DNA of 32,000 nucleotides from Polynucleobacter corsicus (lineage in GTDB: Bacteria; Pseudomonadota; Gammaproteobacteria; Burkholderiales; Burkholderiaceae). The notes beneath the pieces were generated by a model that saw nothing but the letters and a program-made list of their open reading frames with translations, was not told where the DNA came from and ran no database searches. The translations under genes and the position numbers were made by a program. The stretch lies in assembly GCF_018688255.1 (NCBI RefSeq), contig NZ_CP061314.1, forward strand, positions 2,000,659 to 2,032,658, read 5' to 3'. Shown one piece after another: positions 23,170-32,000 of this stretch. Numbering within the stretch: the stretch's first letter is position 1; every line of letters starts with the position of its first letter.

Positions 23170-24144
23170 ATGAGACAAAAAATTGTTTCCGGCTTAATGC
23201 TTGCCAGCTTAGCCTTATTTTCTCCCCATGGCTTTTCTCAGGAAGCATGGCCAACCCGGCCAGTCACCATGGTCGTCCCATTCCCACCTGGGGGCGTAGC
23301 AGACGCTGTAGGCAGACCTGTTGCTGAAGCTATGTCACGCATTCTGGGGCAGTCGGTTATTGTTGAGAACAAGAGCGGTGCTGGTGGTGGTATTGGCATG
23401 GCATCTGTCGCTAAATCTAAGCCTGATGGCTATACAATTTTGATGGCGCTCTCTTCGATCTCCATTATTCCTGAAGCAGATAAGGTGGTTGGTCGAGAGC
23501 AGTCTTTTCAATTGAACCAGTTAAAACCAATTGCGCGCTTTACTGCCGACCCAACAGTATTGGTTGTCAGGACAGACAGCCCATGGAAGGACTATAAATC
23601 GTTTGTAGCGGCGATGCGCGCAAATCCAGGCAAATACAATTTTGGCTCCTCCGGAAATTATGGGACGATGCATGCACCAATGGAAATGCTGAAGTCATCC
23701 GAAAAGTTTTTTATGGTTCATGTTCCTTATACCGGGGCCGGCCCAGCCATTATTGGTTTATTAGGTGGCCAGGTAGATGCTTTGGCTACCGGGCCATCGT
23801 CCATCGTTCAACAAATTAAAGCCGGCAAGGTTCGAGCTCTCGCGCATTGGGGCGATGGACGACTAGCAAGCATGCCTGAAGTACCTAGCTTCAAGGAGAT
23901 GGGCGTAAAGATCGAGTTTGCTCAATGGGCGGGCTTATTTGTTCCTAGCGCAACTCCCGATGTAATCACGAGCAAGCTACGCGAAGTAGCCAAACTTGCA
24001 GCAAATGATGATCGTGTCCGATCGGTAATTAATGGTGCTGGTAGTCCAATTCAATATCTAGATGCACCAGAATTTAAGGTGTATTGGGATAAGGAATCAG
24101 CTCAAATGATTGATGTTGTAAAAAAAATTGGTAAGGTTGAATAA
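23170..24144 (+). CDS. Bug-family (TctC-like) tripartite tricarboxylate transporter substrate-binding protein
   Basis: Signal peptide followed by WPTRPVTMVVPFPPGGVADAVGRPVAE...ENKSGAGGGIG, the hallmark Bug N-terminus. 324 aa. Confidence 0.92.
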   Translation: MRQKIVSGLMLASLALFSPHGFSQEAWPTRPVTMVVPFPPGGVADAVGRPVAEAMSRILGQSVIVENKSGAGGGIGMASVAKSKPDGYTILMALSSISIIPEADKVVGREQSFQLNQLKPIARFTADPTVLVVRTDSPWKDYKSFVAAMRANPGKYNFGSSGNYGTMHAPMEMLKSSEKFFMVHVPYTGAGPAIIGLLGGQVDALATGPSSIVQQIKAGKVRALAHWGDGRLASMPEVPSFKEMGVKIEFAQWAGLFVPSATPDVITSKLREVAKLAANDDRVRSVINGAGSPIQYLDAPEFKVYWDKESAQMIDVVKKIGKVE

Positions 24145-24953
24145 TGAATTGTCATCGCTTATTTAAATTCCTATGTCTTGCATCTTTTATGGTGCCTCTA
24201 CTTGCACAAGCAGCTAATGTTCAGGAGCAAATGGCAGAATCGCCAGCAGTGAAAGCTGCGGTGGAGGAGCTTGTACTTGCAAACCATATTTTGTATGACC
24301 AGAATGCAGTAGATGGATATGGTCATATTAGTATTCGAAATCCAAACAATCCCACCACTTTCTTCCTGGCCAGAAGCGTTGCCCCTTCAGTTGTGACTGT
24401 TGCGGACATTATGGAATTTGATATGAATGGCAAAGCCTTGCATGGTGATACTCGAACAGCCTACGGCGAGCGATTTATTCACAGCGGCATATTGCGCAAT
24501 CGCCCTGATATTAATTCCGTAATTCATGGACATGCCGCTCCAATACTGCCATATGGCATGACTGGATCTACCTTAAAGCCTGTCTACCATATGAGTGCAT
24601 TTTTGGGCGAGGGTGCGCCAATATTTGAGATCCGAAATTTTGCAAAGCCTAATATTGATACAGATATGTTTGTTAGCAATAATGATCTGGGAGATGCTCT
24701 ATCAAAAACCATGGGACTACAGTACTTTGTGCTAATGCGTGGCCACGGTTATGCAGCGGGTGCTGACTCCATTAAAAAAGCTGTGTTCAGATCTGTTTAT
24801 GCCATTCAGAATGCCAGCATTCAGTCCGAAGCAATGAAAATGGGCACAGTGCAATACCTCACACCTGGCGAGGCAACAGCATCTCAAGAGACTATTGAAA
24901 AGACTATTGGACGTCCTTGGCAGCTTTGGAGCGAGCGGGTTAAAAAACCTTAG
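24144..24953 (+). CDS. class II aldolase/adducin family protein (start uncertain: 24144 or 24231)
   Basis: DGYGHISIRNP...IHSGILRNRPDINSVIHGHA matches the class II aldolase fold. The long form adds a Sec-like signal peptide. ATG 24231 has CAGGAG 4 nt upstream. Confidence 0.85.
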   Translation: MNCHRLFKFLCLASFMVPLLAQAANVQEQMAESPAVKAAVEELVLANHILYDQNAVDGYGHISIRNPNNPTTFFLARSVAPSVVTVADIMEFDMNGKALHGDTRTAYGERFIHSGILRNRPDINSVIHGHAAPILPYGMTGSTLKPVYHMSAFLGEGAPIFEIRNFAKPNIDTDMFVSNNDLGDALSKTMGLQYFVLMRGHGYAAGADSIKKAVFRSVYAIQNASIQSEAMKMGTVQYLTPGEATASQETIEKTIGRPWQLWSERVKKP

Positions 24954-27154
24954 TCAGTAGGCGCCATGGTTTTAGCTCGCGCAGTATGTAATTTTCTATA
25001 GCTATCAATCAAGCGGTGATGCCTATCGAGGCCCTCCAGCTTCATGCTGGTGGGGGTCAAACCATAGAAGCGAGTAGCTCCATCTACGGACCCCACTACA
25101 GCATCCATTCTCTCGTTACCAAACATTCTTCGTAAATTGACTATGTAGTTATTAAGCTCCAAGTCATCAGCTAGCGCTATCTCTAAAACTGCATTTAAGG
25201 CCTGATAAAACAATTTGCGCTCGACTGTATTGTCGTTGTACTGAAGAAAAGCGCCAACGAGCTCATGGGCCTCATCAAGTTGCCTTAAGGCAAGATGAAT
25301 GAGTAGCTTTAGCTCCAATACTGTTAGCTGGCCCCAAGGGGTATTTTCATCAAACTCGATGCCGATTAGTGTGGCGATATCGCCGTACTCGTCCAGCTCA
25401 TTATTTTCTAAGCGCTCAAGTAGTGCGCCTAAGCTTGCATCATCTAAAGTCGATATATTCAAAATATCGGCACGGAACAACAATGCTTTATTCGTATTGT
25501 CCCAAACTAAATCTTCAATTGGATAAACTTCAGAATAGCCTGGTACCAAGATTCGACATGCAATTGCCCCTAGCTGGTCATAGACTGCAACGTAAGATTC
25601 TTTGCCAATAGATTTAAGAATGCCGAACAAGGTTGCCGCCTCTTCTTCATTCGAGTTTTCACCTTTGCCAGAAAAATCCCACTCAACAAAATCGTAATCT
25701 GATCTTGCACTAAAGAAGCGCCAAGAGACGATGCCGCTCGAATCAATAAAGTGTTCAACAAAGTTATTTGGCTCAGTGACCGCTTCACTTGCAAAAGTGG
25801 GTGTGGGCAAATCGTTGAGACCCTCAAAGCTGCGCCCCTGCAGTAGCTCAGTCAAACTCCGCTCCAACGCCACCTCTAAACTGGGGTGTGCACCGAATGA
25901 AGCAAATACTCCACCTGTTCTTGGGTTCATCAAGGTAACGCACATGACTGGATATACACCACCTAGTGAAGCATCCTTGACCAGCACTGGAAAGCCCTGC
26001 TCCTCAAGGCCCTGAATGCCTGCCAAGATACTGGGGTACTTTGCAAGCACCTCCTGCGGAACATCTGGCAAGGAAATTTCACGTTCAAGGATTTCACGTT
26101 TAACTGCTCGCTCAAATATCTCAGATAAGCATTGCACTTGGGCTTCGGCCAGTGTATTGCCAGCGCTCATGCCATTGCTGACATAGAGGTTTTCAATCAG
26201 ATTCGATGGAAAATATACAGTCTCACCATCGGACTGGCGCACATATGGCAAGGAACAAATCCCGCGCTCGCCATTACCAGAATTGGTGTCAATTAAATGC
26301 GAGCTACGTAGCTCGCCATCAGCGTTAAAAATACCCAGGCAATACTCATCCAGTATTTCCTTAGGTAAGCCATCTTTAGAGCCTGGCTTAAACCAACGCT
26401 CATTTGGGTAATGGACAAAAACGCCATTGGCGATCTCTTCACCCCAGAATGCGCCCGCGTAGAAATGGTTATTGCTCAGTCGCTCGATATACTCACCCAA
26501 AGCTGAAGCAAGGGCGCTTTCTTTTGTAGACCCTTTGCCATTGGTAAAACACATTGGTGAGTGGGCATCGCGAATATGTAAAGACCATACATTCGGAATT
26601 AAATTACGCCATGAGGCAATCTCAATCTTAATCCCCAGATTAGCCAATACGCCAGACATATTGGCAATAGTTTGTTCTAGCGGTAAATCCTTGCCAGCAA
26701 TGTAAGTGCTCGAGTTTGAGTCTGGCTTTAAAGCCAATAAAGTTTGAGCATCTGCATCTAGGTTTTTAACCACCTCAATGACAAACTCTGGGCCTGCTTG
26801 CACGACCTTCTTCACGGAACAGCGCTCGATGGAACGCACAATGCCCTGACGATCGTTGGCAGAAATGTCTTCCGGCAGTTCAACTTGAATTTTGAAAATC
26901 TGCTGGTAACGGTTTTCTGGATCGACAATATTATTTTGAGATAGGCGAATGTGCTCGGTTGAGATATTGCGCGTATCGCAATATAGCTTCACAAAATAGG
27001 CCGCACACAGGGCTGACGACGCTAAGAAATAATCAAAAGGTCCCGGGGCTGAACCGTCACCTTTGTAACGGATGGGCTGATCAGCAATCACCGTGAAGTC
27101 ATCAAACTTGGCTTCAAGGCGCAGCTTGTCGAGAAAATTAACCTTTATTTCCAT
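24950..27154 (-). CDS. OsmC-domain / YcaO-domain fusion protein
   Basis: N-terminal OsmC pattern (GSAPGPFDYFLASSALCAAYFV...ERCSVKK). A YcaO domain follows (GKGSTKESALASALGEYIERLSN). 734 aa. Confidence 0.85.
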   Translation of the reverse strand: MEIKVNFLDKLRLEAKFDDFTVIADQPIRYKGDGSAPGPFDYFLASSALCAAYFVKLYCDTRNISTEHIRLSQNNIVDPENRYQQIFKIQVELPEDISANDRQGIVRSIERCSVKKVVQAGPEFVIEVVKNLDADAQTLLALKPDSNSSTYIAGKDLPLEQTIANMSGVLANLGIKIEIASWRNLIPNVWSLHIRDAHSPMCFTNGKGSTKESALASALGEYIERLSNNHFYAGAFWGEEIANGVFVHYPNERWFKPGSKDGLPKEILDEYCLGIFNADGELRSSHLIDTNSGNGERGICSLPYVRQSDGETVYFPSNLIENLYVSNGMSAGNTLAEAQVQCLSEIFERAVKREILEREISLPDVPQEVLAKYPSILAGIQGLEEQGFPVLVKDASLGGVYPVMCVTLMNPRTGGVFASFGAHPSLEVALERSLTELLQGRSFEGLNDLPTPTFASEAVTEPNNFVEHFIDSSGIVSWRFFSARSDYDFVEWDFSGKGENSNEEEAATLFGILKSIGKESYVAVYDQLGAIACRILVPGYSEVYPIEDLVWDNTNKALLFRADILNISTLDDASLGALLERLENNELDEYGDIATLIGIEFDENTPWGQLTVLELKLLIHLALRQLDEAHELVGAFLQYNDNTVERKLFYQALNAVLEIALADDLELNNYIVNLRRMFGNERMDAVVGSVDGATRFYGLTPTSMKLEGLDRHHRLIDSYRKLHTARAKTMAPTD

Positions 27155-27258
27155 GGGAATAATTCCGAAATGATATGGGCGCTATTATCCGTCGCAACGG
27201 TGATGCCATGTACTACATCAACAGCCTCTAGATCATTCGCGGCAATGATGGGAAGGCC

Positions 27259-27939
27259 TTATTGTTCAGCTTTATTGCGCGAGGTATCGATTCCTAGAGC
27301 TTTTAGCTTGCGATATAGATGAGTCCGCTCGAGACCAGTGTATTCAGAAATTTTGGTCATGCTGCCACCCATGATGATCATTTGATGTTCGAAGTACGCT
27401 TTTTCGAATAAGTCCCTAGCCTCACGAAGCGGCAAATCAAAATAGGTTTTTGCAATTCCACTGATGTACTCACTACTCTGAACTTGAGAGGCTTGTTCAC
27501 TGACCACTGCTTTTGTACTTGGGCTTGATGAAGGCGTCACTGACACTTTTTCTTCGGCGGACTCAACATACTTGGGGGAGCTTTCCAGGGCCTTACTCAC
27601 CGTCTTGAGTAACTTTTGGAGTGCAATTGGCTTTTCTAAGAAATTGAGTGCGCCTATACGCGTAGCTTCAACAGCTGTGTCAATCGTGGCATGTCCTGAC
27701 ATCATCACCACAGGCATGGTGAGTTGCCCAGTTTTAGACCACTCCTTCAATAAACTAATTCCATCGACATCTGGCATCCAAATATCCAGCAAGACAAGAT
27801 CTGGGCGCATTTGTTCACGAATTGTACGGGCCTGCATAGCACTCTCAGCCGCATACACGGTATGGCCCTCATCCGTCAGAATCTCATTGAGAAGCTCACG
27901 AATACCCATCTCATCGTCGACCACCAGAATACTTGCCAT
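27259..27939 (-). CDS. ntrX: NtrX-like response regulator: REC plus Fis-type HTH, no central AAA+ domain
   Basis: REC domain (ILVVDDE...LLDIWMPDVDG...MSGH). C-terminal part is LREARDLFEKAYF...ISEYTGLERTHLYRKLKALGI. At only 226 aa there is no room for a sigma-54 AAA+ module. Confidence 0.8.
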   Translation of the reverse strand: MASILVVDDEMGIRELLNEILTDEGHTVYAAESAMQARTIREQMRPDLVLLDIWMPDVDGISLLKEWSKTGQLTMPVVMMSGHATIDTAVEATRIGALNFLEKPIALQKLLKTVSKALESSPKYVESAEEKVSVTPSSSPSTKAVVSEQASQVQSSEYISGIAKTYFDLPLREARDLFEKAYFEHQMIIMGGSMTKISEYTGLERTHLYRKLKALGIDTSRNKAEQ

Positions 27940-27941
27940 TC

Positions 27942-30236
27942 TTATGCTGCCTCTTTTGCCAGATTCATAAACAATATTGATACTTTTGCACCGATTACCT
28001 CATCCGCCTGCATGCGGTTCCGGATTTCGATTTTGGCACCGTGATCATCTACGATCTTCTTCACCACCGCCAATCCCAATCCAGTGCCCTTACTCTTCGT
28101 TGTTACATAGGGCTCAAAGGCTCTTGCCATTATCTTAGCTGGAAAACCTGAACCGCTATCACTTATTGTTAAACGCACCGCATTTTGTGGCACGCCATTC
28201 AATTCGCCATAAGGCACTAATTCTGTTTTTACTTCAACCGGCTCTGATTGATGAACGCCCTCAAGAGTAGCATCTTGGGCATTTTGCAAAAGATTGTGAA
28301 TAATTTGTCTGAGTTGCGTAGGGTCGCCCATAATATTTGGGACGCGTGGGTCCAGATGGGTCTTTATGGGGCTTCCTTCATACAAGCCCAGAATCTCTTG
28401 CGTCAAAGTATTGATCGAGACAGGTCTCAATTGCGGGCTTGGCGTCTTAGCAAAGTCTCTGAAGTCATTCACCATCTGCTTCATAGCCTGTACCTGCCCA
28501 ATGATGGTTTCCGTACTGCGATTCATCATCTCTTCCTGCTCAGGACTCAGCTTACCAGCCAGCTTATGCTGCAGCCTCTCTGCTGAAAGCTGTATTGGGG
28601 TGAGTGGGTTCTTAATCTCGTGTGCTAGACGTCTAGCCACCTCACTCCAAGCAATCGAGCGCTGCGCACTCACTACGTCGGTGATGTCATCAAACACCAC
28701 CATGCGCAAATCTGCCGTCAATTCAGTTCCACGGATAAACAAAGTAACGCCAGGCTCGTTTTCAAACTCGTTTGTACTATGAAGCTGAATCTGCTTTTGC
28801 CATACTGGTACTGATGTATTTTTATCTTTTGCCGCTTGACCGCCCTCTATGCCAACAGCCAGCTTCATAGTGGCAAAGCCCTCTTTAATCGCATGATCAA
28901 ACTCGATAAGGCTGGGGCTATCACTTAAAGGACGCCCATCCATTTGCGTTAAATCTTGCCCAAAGATACGATCAGCACCGGCATTACTTGAAACCATATT
29001 GAAATTCTTATCGAAGATGCAAACTCCGGCGGTTAAATTGCCTAATACTGTCTCTAAAAATGATTTGGATTCTTGTAGGGAGGTTCTAGTATCAGCAAGC
29101 TGACGAGTCATCACATTAAATTGACGCGTCAACATTCCCAGCTCGTCACCCGTATCTAACTCGGGCTTAGGTGATAAATCACCCTGAGCAACAGCCTGCG
29201 TTCCTTTTAAAAGCATCAGTAGGGGCCGGGCCAGCTGACGACCCAGAATTAAGGCCAAAGTAACGGCAACAAATAAAGCAAAGAACAAGGTTAAGGTCAG
29301 CGTACCCACAAACATTTTTCGTAAGCCTGTCCGTCCCAATGACTTCTCTTGATAGTCGCCATAGGCCGACTCAACCGCAACAATGTTCTTAGCCAATGGC
29401 CCAGGGATGAATCGCACCAACTGCAAAATATATTTATCGTCGACATCTTTGCCAGAGGCCTGTTTTTTACGAACAATCGGCACAATCGCTCTTACTCGAT
29501 AGCCGCGTTTACCACCATCCACTTCAATTTGGTCTATGAAGGTAATGCCTTTCTTTTTAAACGCATCTGCAATTACATCGGGGCTGGGCGCAGGAAAATA
29601 TTTGTTGGGCCTTGACTCACTTGTCATTATTAGGCTGCGCTGTATGTTAAATAGACTTACCTCTTGAATGCCGAATTGATTACGAACCTTCATCACCATG
29701 GTGCCAACCTGATCGGTAGTCGTACCAGGTGGAACGCTGACGATTTGCTCAGCTATATAGTTTCCCTCAGACAGAATTTCTTCTTGAGCAACTCGCAAGG
29801 TAACGCGCCCTAATTCAAGGCCTGCATCTAGTGCGGACTCTACCTGAACATCAAACCAGGTTTCAATACTGCGGGATACGAACTGTAGAGAAACTCCGTA
29901 CAAAATCAATCCCGGGACAACCCCAACTAAAGCAAAAATCATTGCCAACTTTGCCACTAGGCGTGTTCCGAAATATCCCTTTCGCCAACGAATTGCGATG
30001 ACAATCACTAAGGTCAAAATGACTAAAGTCAAACAAATACCAACCACCACATTAGCTGCATAAAGCCAAATAAAGTAGTTATCAAAAAACTCGGTATTAG
30101 ATGTTGCAATTGACAAGAGTGCCAACAATAAAAGCGCAAAAGCACCAATCAACACCATCGCCGTGGGCAACGCACGCCTTTTCCAGGCGTCTTTCTCAAA
30201 CGCATTTGACCCAATGAAGTCTAAAGAGATCTTCAT
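27942..30236 (-). CDS. ntrY: NtrY-like sensor histidine kinase (TM-HAMP-PAS-HisKA-HATPase)
   Basis: N-terminal TM helices and an H-box VARRLAHEIKNPLTPIQLSAERL. The ATPase has N/G boxes (HNLLQNAQDA, DSGSGF, GTGLGLAVV). Confidence 0.88.
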   Translation of the reverse strand: MKISLDFIGSNAFEKDAWKRRALPTAMVLIGAFALLLLALLSIATSNTEFFDNYFIWLYAANVVVGICLTLVILTLVIVIAIRWRKGYFGTRLVAKLAMIFALVGVVPGLILYGVSLQFVSRSIETWFDVQVESALDAGLELGRVTLRVAQEEILSEGNYIAEQIVSVPPGTTTDQVGTMVMKVRNQFGIQEVSLFNIQRSLIMTSESRPNKYFPAPSPDVIADAFKKKGITFIDQIEVDGGKRGYRVRAIVPIVRKKQASGKDVDDKYILQLVRFIPGPLAKNIVAVESAYGDYQEKSLGRTGLRKMFVGTLTLTLFFALFVAVTLALILGRQLARPLLMLLKGTQAVAQGDLSPKPELDTGDELGMLTRQFNVMTRQLADTRTSLQESKSFLETVLGNLTAGVCIFDKNFNMVSSNAGADRIFGQDLTQMDGRPLSDSPSLIEFDHAIKEGFATMKLAVGIEGGQAAKDKNTSVPVWQKQIQLHSTNEFENEPGVTLFIRGTELTADLRMVVFDDITDVVSAQRSIAWSEVARRLAHEIKNPLTPIQLSAERLQHKLAGKLSPEQEEMMNRSTETIIGQVQAMKQMVNDFRDFAKTPSPQLRPVSINTLTQEILGLYEGSPIKTHLDPRVPNIMGDPTQLRQIIHNLLQNAQDATLEGVHQSEPVEVKTELVPYGELNGVPQNAVRLTISDSGSGFPAKIMARAFEPYVTTKSKGTGLGLAVVKKIVDDHGAKIEIRNRMQADEVIGAKVSILFMNLAKEAA

Positions 30237-30814
30237 CGTTTAATCAAGTTAGGGCCGTTTGGTGAAAACGGAAAGCGTACCCAGTCGCTTGTGACATTCC
30301 AATCGCGATTGTTGAGCGCATTTACCTGAAATGGTTTGGGCAACTTACTTAAGTCCAAGCTCATCTTTAACGCTGCAGTGTAAGACTTGCTCGAATCAAT
30401 TTGGCCGCCATCAATTACCCGCCAACCCCCAATACTTCCCACGGCCTGCAAAGCCTCAGATATCGTGTTTGCAGAAAAAGTAAAGCCTTCAGAAGCAATA
30501 CGGTATTGCTGAGTCATTGGCTGATAAGAAAGGCGGGTTGATCGCTGAGCAAGCGCAGGCTTTTCATCAAACCAGTACCAACGTGACCGCGTCACATCAA
30601 ACTCAGTTTGAAAATATAAAACTACGCCTTTTTGAACGGCATCCTCTAAGCCCGGGGTTAGCTCGATCTTAAATGTGGCATTCAGAAGCCAATCGTTATC
30701 CACCCGCTCCAGATCAGCAGTCTTGAGCTTGATTCCCTCTGCACTTGCCGCGACAGAAAATAGGCTCAGGGCCATCAAGACACAAAGGGTGAATTGTTTA
30801 ATGCCTTGGCTCAT
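30233..30814 (-). CDS. DUF4390-like periplasmic protein
   Basis: 193 aa with a signal peptide. Overlaps rsmB upstream and ntrY downstream by 4 bp each. The position between rsmB and ntrY is the one typical of betaproteobacteria. Confidence 0.65.
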   Translation of the reverse strand: MSQGIKQFTLCVLMALSLFSVAASAEGIKLKTADLERVDNDWLLNATFKIELTPGLEDAVQKGVVLYFQTEFDVTRSRWYWFDEKPALAQRSTRLSYQPMTQQYRIASEGFTFSANTISEALQAVGSIGGWRVIDGGQIDSSKSYTAALKMSLDLSKLPKPFQVNALNNRDWNVTSDWVRFPFSPNGPNLIKR

Positions 30815-32000
30815 GGCCCATTTTTCTTAAACAAAGCATAGTAAAAACCGTCATTTAGCTCAGCAGGCAAAATTTGCCCCGGTGCGCTTAATCGTAATGC
30901 ATCAGCATGCTCTTCAGCGAACCATGTTGCCTGCTCCTCACCCTCCTCTGGGAACACAGAGCAAGTTACATACAAAAGTGTGCCACCGACCTTCAGGATC
31001 TTCCAGGCTTGCTCCAGAATAGCGCGCTGCCTCAGTTGCAAAGCCTTAATATCCGCCTCACGCCGCAAAAATGGAATGTCTGGGTGCCTTGCAACAATGC
31101 CCGAGGCAGAGCAAGGTGCGTCCAAAAGAATTTTGTCAAATAACTTGCCATCCCACCATGCTGCCTTTGAGGCATCGCCACGCACAACGCGAACGGCATC
31201 AGACTGCAGACGCAAGCGGTCTAAGTTGCCGCCGATTTTTCCGAGACGCTCACCGTCGAGCTCCAAAGCAGTCATATCGCATTGCGCCAACTCTAGTAAG
31301 TGGGCAGTTTTTCCGCCAGGTGCAGCACAGGCATCCAATATGCGCTCACCCGGTTTTGGATCGAGCAATACAGCTGCAATTTGTGCCCCTGCATCTTGAA
31401 CAGAAACTGCGCCACTATAAAAGCCCGGTAAGTCTGAAACTGGCAAGGCCTCGTGTAATAACAAAGCAGACTCTAATGTGACCCCAGCGATACTATCGAT
31501 CGCTTCGGCTTTGATACCAGCCTCATGCAATAACTCTTGATATTCCTTACGCGTATGTTGTTGAGCATTTACCCGCAAAATCAAAGGTGCCCGCCGGCCT
31601 TGCTGAATCAACATTGCTTGCCAAGCCTTTGAATAGTTTCGCTTCAGGCTAGCTCGCCACCAGGGCGGGAAAAACATGGGAACAGGGTCTGGTGGATAAG
31701 GCTTTTCGTTCTCAGCCTGCACCGCGAGGCTTACCTTGCGAAGCACTGCATTCACTAGGCCTTTGGCATACATTGTGGGCTCATATTCGCTACAAGCTTT
31801 TACAGCTTGGTCAACGATCGTATGCGCTGCATAACCCTTGCCATCAGATCCACTTTGCAAAAATAAAGCAATCGCAACACTTAATAAGTGCTCTACCTCT
31901 GGTGGGGGCGTCTTGGGAATAAATTGTTGAATGAATTCGTGTGATCTCACCCACTTGCGTAAGGCATCAAATGTGAGACTTTGAACAATAGGCCGCTCAT
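30811..32000 (-). CDS. rsmB: 16S rRNA (cytosine967-C5)-methyltransferase RsmB; 5' end lies outside the window
   Basis: SAM motif DACAAPGGKT and catalytic DAPCSASG and TCS. The reading frame stays open upstream of the GTG at 31950 to the window edge, so the N-terminus is truncated here. Confidence 0.88.
   Translation of the reverse strand, partial: ERPIVQSLTFDALRKWVRSHEFIQQFIPKTPPPEVEHLLSVAIALFLQSGSDGKGYAAHTIVDQAVKACSEYEPTMYAKGLVNAVLRKVSLAVQAENEKPYPPDPVPMFFPPWWRASLKRNYSKAWQAMLIQQGRRAPLILRVNAQQHTRKEYQELLHEAGIKAEAIDSIAGVTLESALLLHEALPVSDLPGFYSGAVSVQDAGAQIAAVLLDPKPGERILDACAAPGGKTAHLLELAQCDMTALELDGERLGKIGGNLDRLRLQSDAVRVVRGDASKAAWWDGKLFDKILLDAPCSASGIVARHPDIPFLRREADIKALQLRQRAILEQAWKILKVGGTLLYVTCSVFPEEGEEQATWFAEEHADALRLSAPGQILPAELNDGFYYALFKKNGP

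Noticed and set aside
25299-26705. Short ORFs on both strands within the OsmC-YcaO gene
   Set aside because: They lie wholly within a 734-aa ORF that has clear domain motifs, so they are scan artefacts.
28248-31922. Multiple plus-strand ORFs antisense to ntrY and rsmB (for example 28248-28586, 28366-28782, 30980-31399, 31071-31481)
   Set aside because: These are typical antisense open frames opposite strongly supported genes. The peptides are low-complexity and Arg/Ser/Pro-rich, with no domains.

Overview
The gene content looks betaproteobacterial, probably Burkholderiales-like: a Bug/TctC binding protein and an rsmB-DUF4390-ntrY-ntrX operon. This taxonomic call is inference only. The window is organised around one tRNA-Phe(GAA) gene (11923-11998, minus strand) that has been used as an integration site on both sides. 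LEFT of the tRNA (about 826-11922) lie three cargo blocks with no integrase. They are separated by leftover 3' fragments of tRNA-Phe, copies of its terminator hairpin, a 258-bp repeat (256/258 identical) and a dual-palindrome repeat family. Block 1 is an OprB-type porin plus a putative outer-membrane (OM) protein. Block 2 is a Cys-rich secreted protein plus a Gly/Tyr-rich lipoprotein. Block 3 is a PAS-HD-GYP protein, a GGDEF protein, and a PgaC-like GT2 synthase translationally coupled to a beta-barrel. An intact IS3-family (IS407-like) element with a 4-bp target duplication sits in the outermost remnant. RIGHT of the tRNA is a ~10.07-kb island (12003-22067) bounded by 43-bp direct repeats that copy the 5' half of the tRNA. 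It carries a tyrosine integrase, an HpaII-like restriction enzyme with a C5-cytosine methyltransferase, a clamp-loader-like AAA+ ATPase with unknown partners, and a small catalytic-domain-only tyrosine recombinase. It also carries a very acidic small protein, three translationally coupled small genes, a 0.7-kb non-coding stretch, and five copies of a 21-bp palindrome that split the island into gene blocks. By eye I found no CCGG anywhere in the island. The right third of the window (22180-32000) is ordinary core genome: an FAH-family hydrolase, a Bug binding protein, a class II aldolase, an OsmC-YcaO fusion, and ntrX(short)-ntrY-DUF4390-rsmB. I saw no CRISPR array, rRNA gene or phage structural genes. 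All family assignments come from motifs read in the translations; no database search was run.
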